Notes under the pieces: generated by a model
Database searches by the model: none
Told to the model about the DNA's origin: nothing
Seen by the model: only the letters and a program-made list of their open reading frames with translations
Source of the DNA: Paraspadella gotoi
Taxonomy: Eukaryota > Animalia > Chaetognatha
Assembly: GCA_051294375.1 (NCBI GenBank)
Contig: CM119264.1
Location: 27,695,469-27,759,468 of the forward strand
Direction of reading: 5' to 3'
DNA length: 64,000 nt
In this document: piece after piece, positions 53,871-64,000 of the stretch
Layout: each line of letters opens with the position of its first letter
Position numbering within the stretch: the stretch's first letter is position 1
Position numbers and translations under genes: made by a program

Positions 53871-54835
53871 AAAAAAAAAGAAAAAAAAGGTAGGGTTCGT
53901 TGTGGGGTGGAGTGGGAGAAGGAAGAATGGGTGAGGAAGAGTAAGTTTAAAATTCGGCTTTATTTTCCGAAACCGCCCCTTTGAGTCTTAAGTTTGTAAT
54001 TTTATTAAATAAAAGTTAATTTTTTTTAAGGTGAAGATTAGGTTGGAGGTTAGGGTTGTGTGTGAATTAGGCGCGTTAGAAGCGATTAAGGGACTTCAAG
54101 GTTCCATGGGAGGCCGGCTTAACCAAGAGAATTAAGGTTAAATATCAAAGGATTCAGCGTTAAGGGTTTGAAGAATATAAGGTGCCAGGGATTAGCGCCA
54201 TTAAAAGCTTGGGGTTANNNNNNNNNNNNNNNNNNNNNNNNNNNNNNNNNNNNNNNNNNNNNNNNNNNNNNNNNNNNNTCTATTTCGTTGTGTTTTAAGA
54301 TTTAGAGAAAAACAATTAAATAAAAAAATTAAATAAAACAAATAATAATTGTTTTTCTCTAAAAGAATTAATTTTTTTTGTTAAATATTATGATTAATTT
54401 ACAATTCCTGGATGAAAGAAAAGAGAGTCCAAAACTTTGATCAGGCAAAGGCGTGGGGGACAAGCAAAGAAAAAAGAAGAAAAAAAAACTGAAAGACAAA
54501 AAAAAATGAAACAGAAAAACATTGNNNNNNNNNNGCAGGTGAGGTGGTCGGGGAGGTTGGGAGGGAAAGAAGCAAAGAAAAAGGATTAAGAGAGAGCAGA
54601 GAGAAAGACAGAGACAGAGACAAAAACAGAAAGAAAAAAAAAGAAACAAAATAAAAAAACGGTTTTAGATTTCGGATACAATTTTTCAACTTCGAACTTT
54701 TAGACTCAATATTTCAATATTTATGTTTATTTTCGCTGATTTCTATTTCATCATCTTTCTTGTAAACTATTTTTTTCTTTTACTTTCTCCTCTTTTTCAG
54801 TCTAAATTCTTTGTTCTTCTTCTTTCATTTTTTCT

Positions 54836-54865
<30 letters not shown>

Positions 54866-54867
<2 letters not shown>

Positions 54868-55178
54868 TTTATATCAACCAAAACGCAGCTTTTTTTACTG
54901 AGAAGTATGACTGATGGTATTTTTAAAGTAATAGTCAGACAGTTACTCATAATATATATTATTAAATTTATTTTTAATATTAATAAAATGGGGGTTCTTT
55001 ATCCTCTTCTTACAAAACCAAATAGTTATTCTATACAAGAACGTGCTAGGAAAAAAAAATAACACAGTAAAAAAATATAACTGGCTCATTATATATATAT
55101 ATGATCCGATTTATTGACATTAATGTAAAAATAAAAATTTCCCAAAATCATTCATACAAGTTTCTAATTTTATAAACA
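54866..55178 (-). repeat. Putative 3' LTR (~313 bp)
   Basis: Minus strand starts TGTTTATA directly after a polypurine tract and ends TATAAAAA, one mismatch from the inverted TATAAACA. Contains TATA-like and AATAAA motifs. No second LTR is in the window to confirm it. Confidence 0.6.
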
Positions 55179-55188
55179 TCCCCTCCCA
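55179..55188 (-). other. Polypurine tract (PPT)
   Basis: Minus strand tgggagggga immediately 5' of TG. Confidence 0.6.
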
Positions 55189-57514
55189 TCAACAATTCTT
55201 ATAACGGGTCCTCGTGTATAATTAACCAGGGAGGGTGGGTAGTCATCCATAATTATATTATACTTATGTTAATTATTAAATTTTAATTTATTTATAATTA
55301 TTATTAACTTATTTTATATTTATTTATTTATTAATTACTTATCTTATAATTATTTATTACCATTTAATAGTATTAATATTTATCTAGTTATTTAAATAAA
55401 ATATATATATGTATATATATATATATTTTTTTTGACCAACCCTGTATCCATTATAATTAACCTCTTTACCATTTCCCCCCTTTTTTCTTCCCCAAAAAAG
55501 GGTTTCTTGAGCCACTCTGTAATTGCTCGACGTCCTTTTGTTTGGACGATGCATCCGCGGTTTTCCCGTAGAACAATATTCCCCCTGAATTTGATCACGA
55601 ACTGTCAGAAGGGATAATCCGGATTGTAGCAGGTTAACTTTTGGCTAGTAGGTTAGTTTGTTGTGAGCTTGTGTTTATTTTGGTGCGTCTGAGGTTCACG
55701 TCACCATTCACTTGGGTTTTTTGTCTTGGTGGTAACTTGTTGGATTTTACTGTTAGTTGTTGTTTGGTATTTGTGGTGAGGTACTTAGGGTAAGTCATCC
55801 ATCGGTCGTAACTTGTGAATTCATAATTGCGAATAGAATTTGTTGTATATTTCAAACTAGATTTACAGGTTTCTCCTTGTTCACGTTGAAGTAGACAGTT
55901 TTATAAATCATTGTATGGTTTGTTTGGGTAAGTACACGTTTTTTTTTTAATATTTAGTGAATTGTTCTTATCTCTCCCTCTCCCCCTCAACTAACATTCA
56001 AAAATCTTTTTCCGGCAATTTTATTTTTAAATATTAGGCTTATGTACTTCGCCTAACCGTTAAATCTCCCTGTTCAGCATTCCTGGTTCAGCGATAGTCA
56101 CCACAAATAAACTTTGATGTGCGTTAACAAATCGACTTTTACTTCAAAGCAATCTGTCTTAAGGTTTTTACCTCAAAATTCGCGGTTTTGATGATACTAA
56201 TCTGACTAACGTACCAATCTATTCCATTAAGTTAGGTCTGATAACTCAAATTTTGGTACTAAACCGACAACATTTTAATTGAAATTTTACTTTCAATATT
56301 GTAGTAACAGTAAAACAATTTAAATTAATATGCGAACCAATAAAATCAAACTTCGAAACTCAATAGGCAACAATAACAGCAAAGCTACAAAGAGAAGAAA
56401 GAAAAGGAATGTGATGAGTAAGCAACTGCTCACAGTACAATTATATTCTGATTGAATATTTTTAATGGCAACGTAACAATTTAAAAGTGAACAGAAGCAG
56501 GCTAGCAGCCTTGATCAATAGAAAAAAATTCAAGATCGATAAATGGTAACTATCTACAGCTGGGTACCCCCTTAATCCCTTTTTCCTCTCTCTCCGCCTC
56601 ACCACTAGTTCCCTTAAGGTCTTGTATGAGGCCACTATGATTTTTGAGCGAGGCAATCGCCCGGTAAAACCCTTCTCTTCCCCTTTTTAATACTTAAGTT
56701 CCACGTCCCAACGATTACTTGTGTCTAGAGACGGAAGTAGACTTTAGTGCGTGATGGCACTCATGGATTAGCCATAAGTCTTTTTGAGAATACGCGCACG
56801 GAGCCCCTTGTTTTCTTCTTGCTCGCCGGAAGCTACATTTAGGTTGAACATCAAGGCTATTCCCACAGTCAACAATTTCCTCCATCAAATTGCAGCGTTG
56901 TCCGATTATAGAAATCCGGCCCGCAGCAAAGGCATGATTAATAAAAGGATTTATTATTTTTATTATAGTATGCAATTTTATTGACACTAAGTTGATTCTT
57001 CCATATGCTTAAGGTACAATGAACACTTAGTAAGGTACGATGAATACTTGGGCAATGCGGCATCTCACCAAAATAACTTGTATATTTACTTTATATATCT
57101 ATATTACGTAAGTGAAGTTAACTGGATAATAAACACTGCAATTCACATTAGTTTTACACGAAACCTATAAGCATTGGAGTGCGTAGCGGGCTGCGTCCTC
57201 ATCTTTTTCCCCCTTACTTCCACCATGCACGGCGCGTGGTGCAGAAGCGGCAATCAGAATTTTTTGCCAATAACCGCGTGTACCGTCACCCCCTTCCGCT
57301 TTTCACCGATGGGTGGTCGCCGCATGGATGAAACTCTGTCACATTGTAGGGTCTACAACCTAAAATTTATATCCATTTTATAATTACTACTGGTGGTTCT
57401 TCATTTTACCTTTACCCATTTACCCACTTACCACTTTCAATTTTACATTTAGTATATTGACTATTTACTTTATTTTAATAATAAAATATATATATATATA
57501 TTTTTTTTTTTTAT

Positions 57515-58759
57515 TATTAAGCTTTTGCTGTTTCAAACCTGCAGCGTGGCTGATGCGGATGTCTCGTCAGCATTTCCCGTGTCGTTTAGCAACAAGCCCC
57601 GTCTCCCCCCCTGCTCCTTGGTAATTCGCGATTAAGATGAAAAAATTCGTTGTTGGCCGGTTTGAGTTGCGCAGGCCGTCGTAAACTAGGAAAACTTCTC
57701 GGCAGGTGCCTGGTTTAGAGATAGTCCAGGCAGACATGAAAGCATTGCCCTCCTATTTACAGTGTCTCCGGCAGTCCCCCTTGTTAGTCTCGTAGCGTTG
57801 ACTGCAATTCCCCTGTTGATGTGCCCCTTGTTGACGTTTTTGTCCGTCTGAGCTAATGGCGTCGACGAAGCCGCTCTCCCTTTGTTGAAAGCTCTTTTCG
57901 TAGATCCGTCTGCGCTTCAGCGTCGCACGAGTCGCCCCTCTCCTTTGTTGCCTTTCCCTCCTTTTTCCTTCCTTCAATCCCCCATTTCTTACCTTTCTTT
58001 TGTTTCACAACTTCCTTTACTAGATCTATTTACAAAGGATCATCTTTACTTATGTAGCAGGGCTTACGACCGACAGTGAGGGCATGAAACGTGGCCGGCA
58101 GTCCACGTATCAAATGCCACCATTTTGCAGAGATCTTGCAGCCCTTCATCATCACGGAATTCTGGCCAGATCAAGCAGATTAGACACCTGAGTTTCAAAA
58201 AGGGTCGAATGACTCGTCCACACCTTTCAACCGATCTCCTTTTCCCCCCCCCCCAGGTAAAGATCGGCGCTTGTGGCGTACCGTTGTCTTCTTCTTCTCC
58301 TTGTGCGGCCCTTGCTGTTGGATTTCATATGTTGGCTCGGGTGATCCCTTCTTACACCAATTCCCCATTAGGTAGCCCCTTCCGCCAGAATTCCTCCTGG
58401 TCTTGTTCCGCGTTATTGAATACTATTCTTGAGGTTTGATGCTGGCACTTCTCGGAGACTTGCTCAATCGCGATTCTCGCAAAGTTTCTTGGGAATTCCC
58501 ATTACTTCGGCGCCGATGATTAGATGAACTTCTTTTATAGCGTTGAAGGCCTGCTGATGTTTCCGTCAGTGTCGACGCTGTTCAAGGCATAAGTATTAAT
58601 CTGTCTCCGGCGGCCGTATTTTCAAAGGTTGATTTTGTTCCATTGTACATCGACAGCTTTGTCGAAGAGAGCGACGTCTCTAGCAGTAGTAGTTGTCTCT
58701 TTAATGGGCAGAAGCCCACTATCTTTTGTAAGAGTTCCAATGGCAACTCTGTGCAACAT
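57515..58759 (-). CDS. Extra ORF downstream of pol in the Gypsy element (frameshifted), function unknown
   Basis: MLHRVAIGTLTKDSGLLPIKETTTTARDVALFDKAVDVQWNKINL.., continuing as GC-balanced, coding-like fragments to ~57515. Preceded by ctcttattctag|gagtcaagagtaATG. Confidence 0.45.
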
Positions 58760-58899
58760 TACTCTTGACTCCTAGAATAAGAGTTTAAAAACATGAAAGA
58801 GATAAATAAAATTAACGCCACAGCAAAAAGATTTTCCCCTTGCCACCATTCCCATAAACCGCGTATACTATTTCTTTTTTCTTTTGTAAAATGAACATA

Positions 58900-61800
58900 T
58901 ATATATCTTTACGATACTCTTACTACACAAAGTGTCCAATAGTGACGCCAAAAACAATTTAAAATCGCTAGGAAAAGAAATTTTGCCAAAAAACGGTCGC
59001 AGAATAATCGTAAGGCTAGCAATCGATTTCCTATCCGATCTTGCTACTAATTTTCCCGGTAGGCCAACAGCGATCATAAGTGGCGCGATACTTTCCTTCA
59101 ATCTATTGATTCGCAACGACTTCTCTCTTCCTTGCCCAACGTTCAGAATGCGATTCTCAAACTTTATATTGTATTCATCCGCGCTTTCGAATATTTTTCC
59201 GATGAAAGACAATATTGAGAGAAAAGGCAACAGGCTTAATCAGTAGATTGTAATTGATCTAGGTAGTTAACTTAATTTACATATTACAAAATGGCCTTCA
59301 TAGCTTCTGACATTAGCAGGGTTGAGGCTTCTCTACTTTTACCAACTTTTATGATACGATACGTACCGTTACCAGGTTTGGGACCACGGAAGGATTCATG
59401 TGTCTTCATACATGGGGGCTTTTCATAGGGCGGATTCACCCGGGGCACATGGAGAAGGATTTCAATGGGCAACGTAAGATGAAGGACTTGAACATTGGAT
59501 TACACCAATAGGTTTCAAGTAGGGCCCTGGATTGCGAGATCATTTCCGATGTTACCCAAGCTTCCCCAATAACTTATTTTTATGTATTTTATTATTTATT
59601 ATTCATTTATTATTTATTAAACAATTATATCAGTAATTACCAAAAATCAAATTAGGTCTAGCAATCCAAACGTTTAAAGTGGAGCTTAGGCCTTTCTGAT
59701 ATCATCGCGTAGCTGTGTGCCACATTTATCAGAAAATTCACTCCCACTTCCCTCACCTAGTGGATTTCAATTATCCCCCCGCCTCCCACTCTACCATTTG
59801 TGCACCACTTGCCCATAACACCTTTCTCCTCCACCTGCCCTCACCCTCTACTGCTCCAGCCGAATTTTAAATGTATCCCCAACCCGGCTTTGTTACACCT
59901 TTCAACTTTCTTCTTTTTCATTAATCCTGGTCTATTTCTTGAGCCACCTGCCATACCGCCGTTTTAGCAGATTCATCAAAAACTCTTCCCCTTGTGGACC
60001 TCCCCCGTGAGACCTCCCCTTGGCAACAATTTAACTGCACCTCTTCATCATCTTTTTTAGGACACGCGTTTAGTTTTTTTCTCTTGAGAGTATTGTGATT
60101 GACCTCTTTCATCATCCTCAGAAGTCATTACTTTAAGAATTAAATTTCCTTCATTATCAAAATCCTCCAACCTTTCTTCTCTATTTTAAACATTATAAAG
60201 AACTGATTGACTCTACCTTCATACAATTTCAGAAAACTGGTTCGTCCATTTTTAGCGCTGAACATCTTTGCGGCTGGTTCATTTACATTCATTTGATTCG
60301 ACTTAAAATGTCAGCACTATCATCTCTCTACTATCCCGCTGCGTTTATGATGAACCTCAAATCGAAACTGCCATTCAAAAAATTTCAAACCACCTGGGAA
60401 ATTTTTGGAGACGAATCTCTCATGGTTAGACGTAACGAAGTGAGCCATGCTCAGAAAATATGTGAGAAAACGGTGGTGAGATAATGTCTAAACTTTTTAA
60501 CCAGTGTGTCATCGCAAATAATTCTTTTTCTGTAGTTACCAATTAATCTCTGCACCTTCAAAGTTCTAGAACCAATATTGCCAACAACAAGGACTTACCT
60601 TCCTGTTTAACTTGTGAGAGGGTTGCACCCTATCCCTCTCCCTGATGCGTCGGTAGTTAATATTATAGGTAGTTTAGGGTCGAGGTGAAGTTTCTAACTG
60701 GTGCGTTATTAACCTTCCCTTTAATTGTCCATTGCCTCCTTGCAAGCTTCCGTCCATTTAAATGGTATCCCTTTACGAGTAAGTTTCGATATAGCGTTTA
60801 GATATCTGGACTATGAGATTTTTATAAAGCTTCGTTATAAAATAGTTGCAAAAGCCCCAAAGAATCTCTGCACTTCCTTACAATTTTAGGTACGGGAATA
60901 TTCCAGGTAACAGCGTCTACAATATGTTACATGTCTTTATTCCTTTCCCCGGATATCACAAACCCTAAAAAGATTCTACTGACCTCTGAAAAAAGTTTAG
61001 CATTTATACTCGAAGTTTTAGCTTGGCTCTGTTAATTTATACTAACAGCTAAAAACAGTCTGCTTTAGCCTTCATCGTAGGTCCTGGCCAAAGATAATTA
61101 GTCATCAATGTAAACAAACGCTACCTTCCAGATAATTTCCTAACACGGCCTCCATTCATGACTGATAACTGGCCGGGCCCGACATTAAGACCAAACGCAG
61201 CCTCTTAAATCGAACAACCCCTTAGAAGTGGCAAATCCGTTATTCCCCTTGACTTCCTCCTCAAGTTCCACCTTGATGATACCCTGGAAAAGATCCATAG
61301 TATTGAACCAAGGCCAGCCCCCTGAACTGATCAATAATATGCTCATGTTTGGTAATGGTGTGAGCGTGGGCTATTGACGAGGGAATTGACTGCCTCTTAG
61401 TAATCTATACAGAGCGAACCTACTCTTTTCCTTGCTTCCCAGGAAAGTAAATTCTTGAGCACCAATTGTATTAAGGTTTGAACGACATCCTGCTTATCAG
61501 TTTTTTGACTTCTTTATCTAAAAAAATCTGATCATCAGAAGATACTACACATTTTTTTTATTGGCACTGCGTCAGGTTTTAAAAACGGATTTTATTGTTT
61601 AGATTCTGTGGGTGCAAATGTAGTGGCTCTTCCTCCATTGAAAAACCTCTTATACTTTAGCAGCATCACTTTTTTATTTCCCTTACTATTTTATTACATC
61701 CAGATTTGAAATTTCCAAGCCCAAAATTAATTTCTCTAGTTTAACCTCATCAAAATCTTCATAAGGTAAAGGGTCCACTTACTTCCTCTTGCTATTAGGG

Positions 61801-62520
61801 CAGCAGCAAATTCCCCATTTCCTTCTATTATAGTACTTATTTCATTTGCGGCATTCTCAGTAGCTATAAAGTTTCCATAGATTCTTCTTTTGAAAAATTA
61901 TTTTTCGACCAAGATTACGACTTTGAGTTCCACGTAGTTTTTTGAGCTCAGTAAAGTCTCAATATTATTGATCCCTAATTTTTATCCATCTCCGTCCCCT
62001 GGCTGTATGACTCCTTTAATTTCTGTATTTTCTCACCCCCTTCTATCCTAAACCTGACTTCTCTTAGACTATTTCGTAACAAGTAATACCTCCCTCTATC
62101 CTACTTCTTACACAGCTTCCTCCCATATCGGTTTCCAAAACAATACCCCTTGATGGTGAACAATTCCAGCCTGTTAGATTAATATTAAATTTATGTCGAC
62201 CAAACTCTCAATTCCATAGTAAAACCATCCATGCCCAAACCTCTTATACAAAGGAATTTTAATTGTTGGCCTGATAATTGTTTCTCAAAACCAATATAAA
62301 ACAAATAAACTGGTAATTTTACAACTCCTATACATTCAAGTTTTGAGCATTTACGTCTCAAAGCAATGCGGGTGGCTTAAAATATAATTATTATCTGCAT
62401 TAATAACTTGCACTTTCTTCGCCAATAATGTTCTAACACTCCCTGTATCCAAATCCTAATCTTATTCTAAACCCCCTTATTCCCACAGTCATCCATAACA
62501 TAGGTGGGGCACTTTGCATA
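58900..62520 (-). CDS. pol: Gypsy pol polyprotein (protease, RT, RNase H, integrase), frameshifted
   Basis: Protease LDTGSVRTLL (LDTG at 62441-62452). RT CIDY, WFNTMDLFQG, FGLNVGP, AFVYIDD (YIDD at 61101-61112). RNase H TTDASGRGIGATLSQ (DAS at 60643-60651) and VKKFRHYL. Degenerate integrase VSYHKS..VE..N and VAFSLNI.FH at ~59200-59360. Confidence 0.9.
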
Positions 62521-62699
62521 TTTCGATTCATATATATCCTCTTTGTACTATGCCTAAGTGCTTTTCAATATCTTTAGTTCTAATCCTCCGATCCAGCCAA
62601 TTTACATTTGCCTCCCCAGGATAAGAAACTTTTTTAGTTTTCGTTCACCCCCTTCGAGAGGGGCGATTCTAGTTTAAAGCAAGACCACTCACCTCTTCA

Positions 62700-64000
62700 T
62701 GTTGTCTATCCACACTCACCTCTGTCTCTGTCGTGCGTGCGTGTGTGCGAGTACTAGATGAATGAATCACTCAAGCGCGCGTACACAGCGCGTTAACTTG
62801 TGATTTGATACGCCATTTTTAGTTGAGCTGCCTTTTTCCCTCTAATTCCCCACACTAGTTCTATCTTATCGTTCGATAAGGGCAATCCACTCTTTTGTGC
62901 CCCACCGCTTCACAAACGCCAGCACTGTATGCGCTGAACTCGTAGACCATTCCCCTGACTATATCCGCCCCTATTTCGTCCCTCTTCCACTATGTGAGTC
63001 ATGAAATTATCTCTACCTGACCATTTCTATCTCCTCTTGTGACAAACCTTTCCCTCCTAACGTATCCCCTTCACTCCCCCTGGCGACGACTTCCCCCTCA
63101 GCACTTCCCCCCTGATTCACTGTTTTGGAAGCCGGCTCAGTATTTATGTTTCCTAACCCTCCAACAAAAACCATTTTGGCTTATTAATAGTTCATCAGCC
63201 TTAGCACCATAATATCAAAGAAGCCCATTGTTGTAAGGTGTGCCCTTAAAATTTCCTATCCGTCAATACTATATGAATCAAAGACTTTATGCTTCCATTC
63301 ATCTCGATAGCAAATGAACTATTAGTCTTCCCCACTTTCGCCTACATACATTCTAATTCTATCAATAAAAGTTCGTAAGATTCATTGGGAGTTTTCATCC
63401 GACATAAAATATTCTTTAGGTCTTTTTGCGCTCAAGATCCAGTGCTTCTCATACTCTGAAATAATTACTTCAATTTGACGATTTTTCGCGTGGGTCAAGT
63501 ATGCAAAAGGCCCTTTTTGCGCTGCCCCTAGCAGCTGGGTTGGCAAGCGCAACAGCAGTCTTCATTATCCACTTGATTACAAGTTACACAAGCCTGAAGC
63601 ATTTATTCTGCCATTCATCCAAATTCTCCGTTATCCATCGTAGTTTGGGCAACTTTGCGGCGCTCATCGTCCTTCCATCTCGTTGGACTTACTCCATTCT
63701 TTCAAAACTCATCTCGGAGCCACCAAATCTTCTCTGTTTTCCTTCTTGGCTGTTAATTATTTTTACATTAAGTATCTTTACCTCCGCTGACTGCCTCTTT
63801 GCTTCCAGCAGCGTTTCCCTTATGTTTCCCCTTGTGCCTATTATACTTTCATTTTTGCACCTTCTAATGCATGGCGAAAAGTTCTCCCAAGTTTTTTATC
63901 AACTGCCTTGATGCCCCCATTAATATTTTGCTCTTGATTTCCTCGTTCGCATCCTCAGTTGTTGATTTTCCATTTGACTATCCCTTGATAAGATTTTTCT
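62700..64000 (-). CDS. gag: Gypsy gag (partial, frameshifted)
   Basis: Degenerate zinc knuckle IQCWR...GGHKRVDCP at ~62880-62935, upstream of the protease. Confidence 0.7.

Larger units (their letters stand above)
54866..64000 (-). mobile_element. Ty3/Gypsy LTR retrotransposon, 5' end beyond the window
   Basis: Domain order on the minus strand is gag-PR-RT-RNaseH-IN, followed by extra sequence, a PPT and the 3' LTR. Confidence 0.92.

Noticed and set aside
63501-63911. 136-aa + strand ORF with a signal-peptide-like start
   Set aside because: It is antisense to Gypsy gag and most likely a shadow ORF.

Overview
Repeat-rich eukaryotic (animal-like) genomic DNA from a draft assembly. It contains seven N gaps, three of them exactly 25 N. 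Indel-rich, long-read-quality stretches frameshift almost every real ORF, and most six-frame ORFs are microsatellite artefacts ((GA/CT)n, (TTTC)n, (ATCT)n). Recognisable content: (1) a + strand exon at ~14.2-16.0 kb encoding six consecutive Ig domains (nephrin/Kirrel/Sidestep-like layout). (2) A full-length ~5.1 kb APE-RT non-LTR retrotransposon (24.2-29.3 kb) inside a (CT)n tract, with the empty site assembled next to it. (3) An ~8.7 kb segment present 2.5 times (30.1-51.7 kb, probably haplotype or gap-filling redundancy), carrying exons of an unidentified gene. One candidate exon has a 39-nt/13-aa repeat in which two in-frame TGA codons occupy the positions held by TGT (Cys) in neighbouring units, a selenocysteine-like signature. 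(4) A minus-strand Ty3/Gypsy LTR retrotransposon (54.9 kb to window end) with ~3.6 kb between integrase and the 3' LTR, including an extra ORF behind a splice acceptor. (5) Foldback-type and HINE/DINE-1-like non-autonomous elements, EGF-like and C2H2 zinc-finger fragments, and many satellites. No rRNA, tRNA or CRISPR array was seen.
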